NCBI GenBank assembly: GCA_053919585.1
Contig: CM132785.1
DNA from: Euprymna scolopes
Taxonomy: Eukaryota
Direction: 5' to 3' (one strand)
DNA: 64,000 nt
The position numbers were made by a program, and so were the translations under genes. The notes below the pieces were generated by a model. It was not told the origin of the DNA. It searched no databases and worked only from the letters and a program-made list of their open reading frames with translations. The number at the start of each line of letters is the position of its first letter. Within the stretch, counting starts at the first letter, position 1. This document shows positions 53,001 to 64,000 of the stretch, piece after piece.

Positions 53001-55185
53001 CCTTACAGAGCTTCTTAAGCCTCGCGAACTACTACCAAGTGTTTATAAAAGGCATGCATGACCTAAGAGCTCCGCTGAACGAATTATTAAAGAAAGAAAC
53101 ACCATGAATATGGACAAAAGAATGTCAAGACTCATTTGAGGAAATTAAAAAAGACTTTGACGTCAGATTTATCCTTAACTTATTACGACCCAAAGTTACA
53201 AATAATTGTTTCGAGTGACGCGAGCTCGTATGGTATAGGAGCATGTATACAGCGTATCATACCAGATGGAACGAAGAACCCTATAGCGCACGCTTCAAGG
53301 ACCCTAATTCCGTCAGAGAAGGCATACTCCCAAATAGAAATGAAACATTAAGCATTATTTTCGCGGTGACGAATTTCCACCGTTATCTGTACGAAAAACA
53401 GATGGTATGAATTGGTCTATGGCTGGAAACAGACCACAAGCCCCTAGTGGCTATTTTTGGCTCAAAAAAGGGCTTACCAGTATATACGGCAAATCGGTTA
53501 CTCCGTTGGCGTACGATCTTGCTAAATTATGATTTTCAAATAAAACATCTACGTTCGGGAAAAATAGGCCATACAGATTGATTGTTAAGACTTATACCGA
53601 AAAGGGATGAAACCTTTGAAGAGTCAGTAATTGCAGCTATACGTTCCAATTATGAGGAAAAAAACATGGTGGTGAATATAATTAGAGAATTACCAGTCAC
53701 GCTTACCGATATAAAAAGGGAGGCTGAAAATGACGACGTCATCAAAGACATAAGGAAAAAATTAAGGGAAAATGACGGAAAAACGCAAAGTATATTTTCC
53801 TTATGCAATGAGGTATTATTATATAGTGAAAGAGTGGTTGTACCGAAAACCTTGCAGAAAAAAATCTTACGTGATTTTCATACAGGACACCCGGGTGTAA
53901 ATAGGATGAAGACACCTATGAGGAGTTATATTTACTGGCGTAATATGGATGTGGATATTGCATTAACAGTAAACAAATGTAAAGGTTGTGCGTTAGCCGC
54001 TAAGGCACGACCGATAGTTCATAAACCTTGGAAAAAACTGACCATCCATGGTCACGCATTCATCTGGACTTTGCTGGACCGATCGAGGGACAATACTACC
54101 TAATCATAGTAGACAGTTTTTCCAGATGGCCGGAAGTAAAGCGGGTAAAATAACCCAACGACAGATAACACAATACGTTTTCTGCATATAATATTTGAAC
54201 GTTTTGCGGTACCAGACATTGTAGTCACAGATAACGGAACACAATTTACTTCCAGTGTTTTCAAGGATTTTTGTGAATCGTTTCAGGTAACCCATATAAC
54301 TACACCACCGTTCCATCCTAGACCAAATGGATTAGCGGAAAGGTCCATAGATACGATAAAGTGTGCTCTTAGAAAATCGATATGGACACCGACGGATACA
54401 GCATTACAACAATTTCTGCAAATATACAGGATAACTGAGAACCCAAATACCCCGTCGAAATTATCGCCAGCAGAATTAATATTTGCGAGAAAAATTAAAT
54501 CACCATTTGATAAATAAATACCAAAGCAAGCAGTCGTATATAACACGACACACACATCACGTAAAAGGTTTAAACCTGGTGATCAGGTATATTTTAAATG
54601 TTTTAAAAATAATATGTCATATTGGGAGTCAGGTACGGCAGATACACGTATCGGCGACTTGGTCTACATGATAAAATGTCCAAAACAGATACACAAAAGA
54701 CACCAAAATCAATAAAGAAAACGTCATAGGAAGGACAACGAACAGGACAAACCTGAGGAACAGGAAGATCCAATTGATATAGTATACGTAACGTTAATAT
54801 TGAACCACCACAGACCATGTCCGAACCGAGGAGATCGAGAAGGTTAGAAGAAAGGCTATAGACCTAATGATAATGAACCCCAAAAAGAAAAGATATTGAA
54901 ATCTCCACGACTTCAAATCTTGGGGGGGGTTGTGGAGACGCATACGTTGGTGAACAGATATAGATAAAGGTATCAAGTCAGCAAGACCGGGGAGCTGTGT
55001 TCGAACGCTGGATAGGCAAGACGCATGTGTCGGTTGCTCCATGAAAGACTTTAACACGCCCTCTGCCGGACAATCATCCAACTGCAGCACAACGGCACCT
55101 TTGTAAATATGTATTATCTTTTCGTTGTTATATATGTTTTGCCTTTACTTTCTGCGTTCGTGTTGTTATTGATACAGACACAACA
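50049..55185 (+). mobile_element. Degenerate full-length Ty3/Gypsy (Mag-type, K02A2.6-like) LTR retrotransposon
   Basis: LTRs 50049-50305 and ~54928-55185 (TG...CA). 5-bp TSD GTAAT (50044-50048, 55186-55190). G-run PPT at 54922-54929. PBS-like gtagcgacggg after the 5' LTR. Confidence 0.92.
50783..54899 (+). pseudogene. gag-pol pseudogene of the Mag-type element
   Basis: FTYLPEEDKTFKAYFKR gag; C-x2-C-x3-H-x4-C and CFNCDKVGH knuckles; KLDSGADLS protease; YLDD RT; SDASSYGIGA RNase H; HTGHPG..CKGC and TDNGTQF integrase. Many stops and frameshifts. Confidence 0.92.
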
Positions 55186-55199
55186 GTAATTGATGTGTG

Positions 55200-57308
55200 T
55201 TTTTATATAGATTCTTTATTTTTTACACAGTTGCCACTCAGGGATAAGGGTTATTGCAAGTACAGTATGCTAGTGTTGAGATTTGATGAAGTGTTTACTT
55301 AAGGGGGCGGTTCATTAGGAATTTGTTAACGTTGGACTTGAAGACATCCAAGTTGTAGTCAGGTGGGAAGCTGGCAGACGGAACAGAGTTCCACAGGCGT
55401 GCAGTTCTAAGAAAGAAGCTTTGTTCATGGAATCCACGTTTTGATTTAGGCACAGATAAAGAGTGGGGGAAAATTTTTCACAGTGGATTCAGCAAGACGG
55501 GTGTTTTTCGGGAAAGATTGGCGAGGGGGGGACCAGAGATTGGAGTTCAAACAAGCACCTGCCAGGAAATAACGATAAAACAAGGATAGGCTCGCAACGT
55601 CTCTTCTGTGGGAAGTAGGTTGCAGGGTAGAGAAAAGGGCATCCCCCACTAAGCCATGAAGTCTATTTTGTACTATGTCAAGGAAGGATAGGCTGTTTTT
55701 AGCAGCCCATATATGGCAGCAGTATTCCATCTTTGGACGGATATATTATATTTTATATAGATATAGAATTGCATCAGTAGTGAGATATCTTTTGGAGCGG
55801 TAGAAGGATCCCACTATCTTTCCAGCGACCTTGGCAACAGACTTGACGTACGTGTTCCATTTCAGATCAGGAGTAAAGGACAAACCCAGAAGCTTGTCAA
55901 AACACTTGGCATCTCCTACGAGAGCCATCCATTTCAATTGATGCCAGATGGGGATCAGAGCGTTGAGGAGAGGAGTGTGGTTTTAGATGCATTAAATGTA
56001 ACCAGCCACGTCTCCCCCCACTGAACCACGCGCTCGAGATCAGAGGAGAGAGAATCAGACAGAACTTTGTCATTTAAAGACTTTGATGTGTTGCCGTAGA
56101 TGGTCGTGTTATCAGCATAGATGTCAAGGAATGATTTAAGTATGTGTTTAAGGAGATCATTGATGTAGATCAGGAAGAGAGTTGGGACAAAGATTGACCC
56201 TTGAGGGACTCCAGCATTAAAACTGCAGGCCTCTGATTTTTGTCCATCGACAACTACTCTTATGAGCCTATGAGAAATGGTTTAATGATTGAGAAAAAAT
56301 TTCCCGTTATACCGTAGCTGGAAATCTTGTGAAGTAGGCCCTTATGCCATACCTTATCGAAGGCCTTTGATATGTCAAGAGCAATTGCCCTAGAAAGGAA
56401 GCCTTTGTCAAGAGATTCACTAATCCTGTGAGATATAACCGTTAGCACATCTGCGGTAGATCTTGCAGAACGCAAACCATATTGTGTCACTAAGAAGATT
56501 GTTTTTGTTGGGGTGGTTTACTATTTCTCTATTTAATATGGATTCCAGCAACTTACTCATAATACACAGGAGGCTTATTGGTCTGTACTGAGAGGGAGGT
56601 GACTTATCATCTGAATTCTTTAATATAGGGCATACTGATGAGGTCTTCCAGGGAGTCGGAAAACACTTCTCCTTAAGGCAACGCTTAAACAGTTTCGTAA
56701 GTATGGGAGCAAGTTCTGGTTGAAGCTTTTTTAGCACTATAATTGGGATGCCGTCAGTGCCAGTTGCTTTACTGGAATCAAGGTTTTTTATTAGCTTGGC
56801 GAACTCATGCACGGATATTTGTATGTTGTTCTGTGTTTTAAGATGAAATATAGGGAGTTGATGTCCTTCGTCGCATAGGGTAGAATTAGCTGCAAAGTTC
56901 TTGGCAAATAGTTTGGCCTTGTCTGATGCTGACGAGATGACCTCTGGTCCATTGATAATTGTTGGGATAGAACACACACTTCTGTTCGGGATCCTATTTG
57001 TTATTTGCCAAAACTGGTGGGAACCAAGCCGCTGCTAAGCTACTTTGGATTTAACAGACTGGGCATCTAGCTCTCTTGCATTTTTTATTACTCTTTTACA
57101 GTGGTTGATGGCGTTCCTGAAAGCAGCTTTAGTCTCAGTGCATCTATTACGTTGGTAGTTATGAAAAAAGTAATTTCTGTGCGCGATAACAGCAGCACAT
57201 TCTGGAGAGAACAATGGCTGGCTGTTAGGTTTTTGTCGGAATATTTTAGATGGTATGAATTGGTCTATGCCTACAATTAACCATTCGGTCAGATCTGATA
57301 CTATAGAG
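55200..57308 (-). mobile_element. CR1/L2-group LINE, RT and 3' part (degenerate)
   Basis: YRPISLL, QYGLRSARSTAD, LDISKAFDKVWH, GVPQGS..PTLFLIYINDL, YADN, RPKMEYCCHIW, HRRDVASLSLFYRYF; ends near an AATAAA/A-rich tail at ~55200-55225. Confidence 0.9.
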
Positions 57309-57652
57309 TAAAACCAACACAAAGTCAAGTATCTGCAGAATGTCTTCTTGGTTCCTCCTCTTCTCTTTTCTCTCTCTCTCTCTCTCTCTCCCAACAATCG
57401 AGCACAGCATATAATAACAAAACTCTAAAGCACGTCTGACAGCACTGACTTCTGCCAACAGTCTGCGCCTCCTCTTAACAACACAGGGTTTTTATATCGC
57501 AAAATCGTTCACCTCTATTTGCATATTCTTCTAACTCACGTGATCACTACTCTATAAATAAGAGTCTTGACCGTTTCTTTTCTTTCTTTTTATTTATTTT
57601 CGATGACCGACCCGCACGTGGTCTATCCAGGTAAGTCACGCATTTCTTCACA
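57309..57652 (-). repeat. 3' LTR of G2
   Basis: Direct repeat of 61469-61802; TG...TA termini on the element strand. Confidence 0.95.
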
Positions 57653-57789
57653 CTCCCCCCTGATCTCATGATCACAAACAGAACATGCGGGCAATCGTCG
57701 TTGGCGGGTACTCCTTCGAAGAATCGGGGGCAGCACTTCCTCATTGCTGTTTTCTTCATTACCACCATCATTACTACCAGTCTATTCCA

Positions 57790-59292
57790 TTATCCCGTCT
57801 CATGGTCCCATAGGCGGTGTATCACAATCAGGGCAGGGGGCAGTATCCGTCTTTGTCGGGTACTTCTCCGAAGAATCGGAGGCGTCATCTCCTCGGTGTG
57901 CTCCATCATCTCTTCTCGCGGGGTTTCGCAATCACGGGGGGTGGGCAGTATTCGTCTCTGTCGAGTATTTCGATGAGGCATTACTTCCTTGTGTCCATCG
58001 CTCACCTCAATATTGTCATCAGTATGTCCCATCATTCCCTCATCTGGTTCTGTTGGTGGTGTTTCTATGCTCACCTGAAGGGGCAGTAAGTGATCAGGAT
58101 CATCTCTGAACGGTGTGTGATCCTCCTCATCGTCCTCAGAATCAGAAGAGGTATAACAAGGGCGGATATCTTTTACGTGACGTGGTATGCCACCAATCAA
58201 CATGGTCTGAGGACTTATGATTTCGTCTATTTTTCCCCGGAAAAATTTCGTAGTGCACCCAGCATTCGGGGGTTTTATCCAAACAAGGTCTCCCACCTGA
58301 TATGGTGTATTGACAACACTCACCACTGATGGTATGGCTCCTTTCACACGCTGTTCATATTGGTAAATCCCATTGGCTGGTGCAGTTGCTGGTGTTTCAT
58401 TGTCCTTGGGTGTTATATTATACCAGTACACAGCTTCTGAAATAGAGCACTGCGTCCTGGCTGCAATTCTTTTGATGGTGCGGTGACACCGTTCTGCTAT
58501 ACCATTACCCTCCGGATAATATGCACACCAATAATGCATTTTAATCCCCCATTCGTGCACGAATTTCTGAAATTCTTGACATCGAAATGTGGCGGCATTA
58601 TCAGTCAGAATTTCAATCGGGGCACCACGTTCAAAAAAGACGGCTCTCAACTGTTGTATAATGCTGGCTGCATCCTGTCGTGTCAACAGGCGCCATATTG
58701 TGAAACGCGTCGGGCCACAATCCGTCATGGTCAAAAAATGTTTGTCCCCATAATGTGTTATGTCATTCCCTACTCGCTGCCAGTTGCCCTCCACCTCGAG
58801 CTTCCCTTTTTGCCATTGGGATGGTGCCGGATCAATTCTCTGACACTCTTCACACGAACGTATGGCTGCTTTCACTGATGCTTTTGTAGTTGCAGGGCAT
58901 ACTCTTCGGACAAAATATGCAGTCCTCTGAATTCCAGGATGTCCAATCTGCTGGTGTATCATACGGATCTGGTAAGGTGTTAATTGATCCGTTACAGTCG
59001 CGCATGTTTGTTGTTGAAGATCGGATCCCTGCCTCATTGCATCGATCCACCTCTTTGGTACTCGAGTCAAGCTATCAGCCAAATTCTGCATCGACGATAC
59101 TAACGTAATGTCTACCTGCAAGCTGTATTCGTCAACTAGACGCTTAATTATTGCTAGTCTCCTTCGTACTAGCATTTCACTTGAAGCTCTAGTCTTAACT
59201 CGAGCCTTTCCAGTCAAGGTGTCGGTTAACCAATGGTAAACACAAAATGAGTCAGTGTGGAGATGCACAACCAGCCAACGAACTTGCGTCAA
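57790..59292 (-). CDS. G2 RNase H C-terminal half plus integrase (open 500 aa)
   Basis: HLHTDS, QNLADSLTR (RNase H); IHQQIGHPG..CEECQ; NDITH, LTDNAATF, NGIAERCHR. Confidence 0.9.
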   Translation of the reverse strand: MTQVRWLVVHLHTDSFCVYHWLTDTLTGKARVKTRASSEMLVRRRLAIIKRLVDEYSLQVDITLVSSMQNLADSLTRVPKRWIDAMRQGSDLQQQTCATVTDQLTPYQIRMIHQQIGHPGIQRTAYFVRRVCPATTKASVKAAIRSCEECQRIDPAPSQWQKGKLEVEGNWQRVGNDITHYGDKHFLTMTDCGPTRFTIWRLLTRQDAASIIQQLRAVFFERGAPIEILTDNAATFRCQEFQKFVHEWGIKMHYWCAYYPEGNGIAERCHRTIKRIAARTQCSISEAVYWYNITPKDNETPATAPANGIYQYEQRVKGAIPSVVSVVNTPYQVGDLVWIKPPNAGCTTKFFRGKIDEIISPQTMLIGGIPRHVKDIRPCYTSSDSEDDEEDHTPFRDDPDHLLPLQVSIETPPTEPDEGMMGHTDDNIEVSDGHKEVMPHRNTRQRRILPTPRDCETPREEMMEHTEEMTPPILRRSTRQRRILPPALIVIHRLWDHETG

Positions 59293-59323
59293 CCCATGCA
59301 GTTAGTTCGTTTCCAGACACTTG

Positions 59324-60733
59324 TCACTCACCCCGGGCAGGGTCATTCCTATGCACTCTGGACAACATTTCAGCCATCATTTGTTGGAGAGAATCATCAT
59401 CCGCGACATCGTCCCATCCTTTTGTTACTGTAGTCACTCGTCTTTTCACCACTCCTGTTGCCGATCGGAGCCATCCACAGACAGGTAGATGTCCTATCAA
59501 TTTACCACAGATAGAAAACACAGTACGTCTTGTTAATACATTGGGTAACTTTGGAAGTGGGCTCCCTCGCTTCCATCGCAACGTATTGCCCTCCTCCCAG
59601 ACCTCGAGGCCTAGCACGGGCACTCCATCCTTTAGGCGCTTAGGGTCTTTACTTATTAACCCAAACGCTTTCAGTTTTATTCGAACTGCATCCGCAGACA
59701 TTATGTCCTCATTAACATAGATGTCATCTATGTAGGCTGAAGCAGCTTTTGCTGTGGTCTCATCCTGCATCAAAACAGTTTTAATAATGGTTGTCATAAT
59801 CAAGGGTGCTACGTTTAGGCCAAAACCCAAACGTGTCAAACAATATAGTTTTCCCTTGAGTAGTACTGTCTGAAACGGCCATAATGACTCATGGACACGT
59901 ATCTGCAGGTAGGCCCTCTTTAGATCCAGAAGTGCTACATTGCTCCCTTTTTGACGCCACTCTCTCAGTTTAGCAGCGCACACATCTGCGTTTCCGGTAA
60001 ACGCATCAACATGCCGATTCAACTCTCGGTAATCCATTACGGGACGAATTTTTTCTTTGGTAGGTTGTTCAACAGCCATGAGCGGAATTAATCCCTTGGG
60101 TGGTCCCAGACGTTCCTGTGGGTATGGTATTAACCAACCGTTGTCAATCCACATCTGAAGTTCTTCTTCATATGCGGCCCTATTCTTGGTAGAAACTGCA
60201 TACTCTGGAATCGTGTTGCACAGCCGATCTGGTTCCTGGCCCATGGCCCATTTCCACTTTGCAGTCCACACCCTTTCGTTGTCATCAAATGTAGCACAGA
60301 AGTCCTTTTCTTCAATCGACATGGCTGCACAGACGTCTTTCCCTTCTCCAAGCCTGATACCTCTAGCTGATGTGATTGTAACGCCTCCTAGTGCTTGTAT
60401 TGCATCAATTCCAAGCAACATGTCGTAGCCAAGGGGTTTCTCCTGCATCACCAGAACGTCAACTTTAGCTGTGTCACCCTTCTCAGTACAGATTGTGACT
60501 GTCCCTTCACCACAACATACCCGTGATAAGCCATTGATGGTCATAACGCCGACTGGGTTCCTCCGCCACACCGGACAGCAATGGGCACTAACTATAGACC
60601 GGGAACACCCCGTGTCTATAAGTGCTGAACACTGCACATCATCAAGTTTAACGCTAATGACAGGCAATCCTGTGTTTATTGGTTGGCAGGGGGCAAGGGT
60701 AGCGATAGTACCTTGCCCCCAACTTCGTTTCCC
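59324..60733 (-). CDS. pol: G2 pol: protease plus RT, ending at a premature TGA before RNase H
   Basis: ALIDTGCSRS; LDLKRAYLQ; YIDD; thumb region present. Reading past the TGA at 59324-59326 gives QVSGNELTAWVDASSLA (first RNase H Asp). Confidence 0.9.
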   Translation of the reverse strand, partial: GKRSWGQGTIATLAPCQPINTGLPVISVKLDDVQCSALIDTGCSRSIVSAHCCPVWRRNPVGVMTINGLSRVCCGEGTVTICTEKGDTAKVDVLVMQEKPLGYDMLLGIDAIQALGGVTITSARGIRLGEGKDVCAAMSIEEKDFCATFDDNERVWTAKWKWAMGQEPDRLCNTIPEYAVSTKNRAAYEEELQMWIDNGWLIPYPQERLGPPKGLIPLMAVEQPTKEKIRPVMDYRELNRHVDAFTGNADVCAAKLREWRQKGSNVALLDLKRAYLQIRVHESLWPFQTVLLKGKLYCLTRLGFGLNVAPLIMTTIIKTVLMQDETTAKAASAYIDDIYVNEDIMSADAVRIKLKAFGLISKDPKRLKDGVPVLGLEVWEEGNTLRWKRGSPLPKLPNVLTRRTVFSICGKLIGHLPVCGWLRSATGVVKRRVTTVTKGWDDVADDDSLQQMMAEMLSRVHRNDPARGE

Positions 60734-61434
60734 GAACAGTTGCGAGATATGTGCCCCAACTTATTGCAGCGATAGCATTGCATTGGTCTCTTTGATTGTG
60801 GATATACACCTCTCCGATCACTCCGGCACTCTTTAGCAAAATGATTGGCCTCCCCACATTTATAGCACACTGGGGTGGCATGCTTATTACTATCTGGAAG
60901 AGAGTCCACATTGCCTCCATGTCGAAAACGAGCTGCTGCTGCAATTGGTTCCTGTTCCTTACAGATGTTTCGAGCTCGGGCCAATAACTCATCAGTTGAC
61001 AATTCATCGATTCTTGATGATGCCTGCAACAGTTTACTGACCTCCTCGGGGAGGCCTACCAAAAAAGCACAGCTTAATATTTTATCGTTGACCCCACCAA
61101 ACGGTACAGATAATTTTCGCAGGTCGGCTAAGTACACGTCGACTGTTTCCTTGGGTTGAAGTGTCCGGCTCGTGAACTGTTGCCACGCAACAAATGGATC
61201 TGTACCAAACGCTGTATACAGGCTCTGCTTGATTTCATCCCAGTCTGGTTCATCCCCGAGTTGTTGGTAGACTGCATAGGCCCCTCCGGTTAGCCGCAAA
61301 GGGATAGCTGTGGCTGGTTCTTTAATTTTGCACAGTTTACAGATTTTCTCTGCCTTTTCAATCCATTCGACGACAGCCGGTCCAGTGGTAGATCCGTCGA
61401 ACTCGGGTATTAAGCGAATGTCGAATCTGTCCAT
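60676..61434 (-). CDS. gag: G2 Gag, intact 252 aa, two CCHC zinc knuckles
   Basis: MDRFDIRLIPEFDG..VVEWIEK..; CYKCGEANHFAKEC and CYRCNKLGHISRNC. Confidence 0.93.
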   Translation of the reverse strand: MDRFDIRLIPEFDGSTTGPAVVEWIEKAEKICKLCKIKEPATAIPLRLTGGAYAVYQQLGDEPDWDEIKQSLYTAFGTDPFVAWQQFTSRTLQPKETVDVYLADLRKLSVPFGGVNDKILSCAFLVGLPEEVSKLLQASSRIDELSTDELLARARNICKEQEPIAAAARFRHGGNVDSLPDSNKHATPVCYKCGEANHFAKECRSDRRGVYPQSKRPMQCYRCNKLGHISRNCSGNEVGGKVLSLPLPPANQ

Positions 61435-61456
61435 TGTTAGTCACCGCACACCAAGC

Positions 61457-61468
61457 GCCGAAATAGCT
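61457..61468 (-). promoter_or_regulatory. G2 primer-binding-site position: AGCTATTTCGGC, complementary to tRNA-Phe nt 1-12
   Basis: Plus strand gccgaaatagct directly abuts the LTR at 61469; identical to 25980-25991. Confidence 0.85.
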
Positions 61469-61802
61469 TAAAACCAACACAAAGTCAAGTATCTGCAGAA
61501 TGTCTTCTTGGTTCCTCCTCTTCTCTTTTCTCTCTCTCTCCCAACAATCGAGCACAGCATATAATAACAAAACTCTAAAGCACGTCTGACAGCACTGACT
61601 TCTGCCAACAGTCTGCGCCTCCTCTTAACAACACAGGGTTTTTATATCGCAAAATCGTTCACCTCTATTTGCATATTCTTCTAACTCACGTGATCACTAC
61701 TCTATAAATAAGAGTCTTGACCGTTTCTTTTCTTTCTTTTTATTTATTTTCGGTGACTGACCCGCACGTGGTCTATCCAGGTAAGTCACGCATTTCTCCA
61801 CA
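61469..61802 (-). repeat. 5' LTR of G2
   Basis: Direct repeat of 57309-57652. Confidence 0.95.
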
Positions 61803-62440
61803 TCATTTTTAAACATGGAATGCAGAGGTAAATCAGATATGAATGTACGGAAGCTGTCCCAGTCAGCCATAGTACGGTGGAGGCGTATGTCTGGGGACAT
61901 TATATTTCATTTTTATCTTAACTGATCGGAGGATCCTAGAGGAGAATGAACAGAACATGAACATAGCTCAGGGGAAGTTGAGAGAAAAAGGTCTATGAAG
62001 CTTGCATATTGACCAGTAGTATCGGGCACACAGGTGGGTTCGAGAACAATCTGAGTGAGGTCATAAGCAATGGCAAAATCATGAAAAACCTCCCCTCGTC
62101 GTCTGTCTTATTTGAATGGGTCAGCCATTCAACGTTATGGGCGTTGAAGTCACCGCAGATGTGGATGTTAGCCGAGGTATTTGCAGATAGGATGTGGTCT
62201 ATTTTCTCAGATATACTCTTAAAGATAGTAACTCCGCTGTTATGGGGCCGATAGAATGCAAACATAAATGGAGTGGTGTTAGCAAGTGCAACCCGGAAAC
62301 ACATATAGGGTAAATTATGATCTTCTCTAGAGATGTCCCTGCCACACGGCAAGCCATCTTTAATGTAGACACATATTCCATGACCATGGCGATCTTGGGG
62401 GTCAGATTCGTAAAGGAATGCTTCTGCATTGAAAATCTGT
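61803..62440 (-). mobile_element. CR1/L2-group LINE, APE endonuclease part (5' continuation of 55200-57308)
   Basis: FYRPHNS..ICGDFNAHNVEWL..SPLGSSD..ADWDSFRTFISD; ..MFKND continues as ..SDLTEW on the other side of G2. Confidence 0.9.
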
Positions 62441-64000
62441 CATCGAATAAATTCGATTAAAGAAAAAAAACTCTCATTTTCACCAAAGTTAACATTTTTA
62501 TACAAGTTAACATCACGTAAGTGCATTTGAGAATTTTATCACAACACGGACAAAAAAGATCATTTCTTAGATTATTGCACAAACAAGGGTGAGTTTAAAG
62601 GAATGTTTTTTTAGAACACTAAGCAAACATGTCCCTGACTTTTGTAAGTGTAACTATAATTCAAGTAATTTTGTAAAGCTAATTTCATAAAATCAACAGT
62701 TGGTGGTTTGATAAGCATGCAACGAGTTCGAAATTAATGTTTCTATTTAGAGCATAATTGGACCATGCCCTTTAAAGTTTAACTGCAGTGTGCATTTATA
62801 GATATTTATTTTAATGAACATAGACTCTCTGCAATGCAATGTAGACTACAATGTTCAGTGTAAAAGACAGGATTTATTAACGCCATCGGTCCCTCGGAAA
62901 GAAGTTTATAATGCAGTTAATTTTCTGACAACAATAAACCGAAACACTCAAACTTTGTGGTTAATTTCCTTTATCGCGGGCACTTACGTTATATTTTATA
63001 TAGATAGGCTTCGTGTACAATAAACTCATCGGATATTTTTCTCTGAAAGTACTTTTAAACAGATATGGGCATGCAAATTTGCAAAACGCAACAAAAGGTA
63101 CAGTTGTTTTATACTGGAGATTTATGTGGTAAGAGATTCATTTACTTGCCTATTCTAAATAAAATGGTTCAGTGGTTTGTTAGAGTAATTTAGATGTGGA
63201 AACAGTTCCTTCTTTTTTTAATTTAGTTGGACAGGAAAACGGTTTTAATATAGCTGCATTAAATTCAGTGTAATGTAATCAAGTCTAGAGAGTACTGTGC
63301 ATTTTTCATAAATAAAATTCTCCGCATATAAACATGCATTTTTATGTGATGCACAGGTTGTGATCGTCATACCTGTTGTGTCTTCCCAGGGTTGTTTGAC
63401 TCAACTAGTGCTGCAACAAATACTTAACATAACAAGCAAAACAATTCATAAATCATTCTTAGATATTTACCTTTTATATCTTGGAGAATGCAAGGTATTC
63501 ATTTTCCTAGGTGAAATGTCAAACTTGCAGAAAGAGGTTATTTATTCAACGAGGAAACACCATTTCAACACGTCACAACAAATCTTTCATCTCTGAGCAG
63601 AACCAAATCCAACTACGACCCCTATCGTTTAAATCTATGTTACTGCAACACACTAAGACGCCTAACTGTTACCACCTCAACTTCCTTAACTTTGATCGCA
63701 TGTCAGATGCTGGTATTTGTCAGTGGTAACCATTCGACCATTCAGAACCTTTCACCTGGTTGGTTGATTGGTTGGTTGGTTGGTTTGTTTTACGGTATAT
63801 CTTTTCGGGTTATTTAATGCCGAACCCAAAGACTTTGAAGAAAATTTTTTTAATAGAATATAGTTCTTGTTTTCACGTCGGTTTATATTTAACCCATAGT
63901 TGGGACCCTAACAGGTACTACCACACCGGGTCAGAGTGGACCTGAGAGCAATGGTAATTAAAGGGTGGCTCCACACTCCCCAAAGCCCACAAGCTCGGGC

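Larger units (their letters stand above)
57309..61802 (-). mobile_element. Ty3/Gypsy LTR retrotransposon (element G2), related to G1, nested in the LINE
   Basis: LTRs 61469-61802 and 57309-57652 differ by about 3 substitutions and (CT)n length. PPT adjacent to 57652. gag-PR-RT-RH-IN on minus strand. Confidence 0.95.

Noticed and set aside
63755-64000. Probable interspersed SINE-like repeat after (TTGG)n
   Set aside because: Truncated by the window edge, single copy here, no diagnostic A/B boxes visible.

Overview
AT-rich animal (invertebrate-like) genomic DNA with many (TA)n/(ATT)n microsatellites and three assembly gaps. I can support no host protein-coding gene; the window is mostly transposon remains. 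It holds two related minus-strand Ty3/Gypsy LTR elements (22542-26398 and 57309-61802, the second nested in a CR1/L2-group LINE), a degenerate Mag-type Gypsy (50049-55185), a full-length dead mariner, several Tc1/mariner remnants and MITEs, an R4/Dong-type non-LTR remnant, Helitron-like pieces, Penelope-type hammerhead motifs (one inside a 279-bp-arm inverted repeat), and a ~2.3 kb macro-repeat built around a 26-bp minisatellite. Two things stand out. (1) 20553-22217 is a TSD-flanked, CRISPR-like tandem array of eight ~200-nt structured-RNA units of three types. It has a single U2 snRNA-like 5' head, and every internal junction falls at the U2 site GTGTAGT|ATCTGTTC, which suggests a self-targeting U2-derived retroelement. 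(2) Both Gypsy elements, despite unrelated LTRs, have the same 12-nt primer-binding site flush with the LTR. It is complementary to the 5' end (nt 1-12) of tRNA-Phe, not to a tRNA 3' CCA end, which implies non-canonical priming. All family assignments come from motif recognition by eye; no searches were run.
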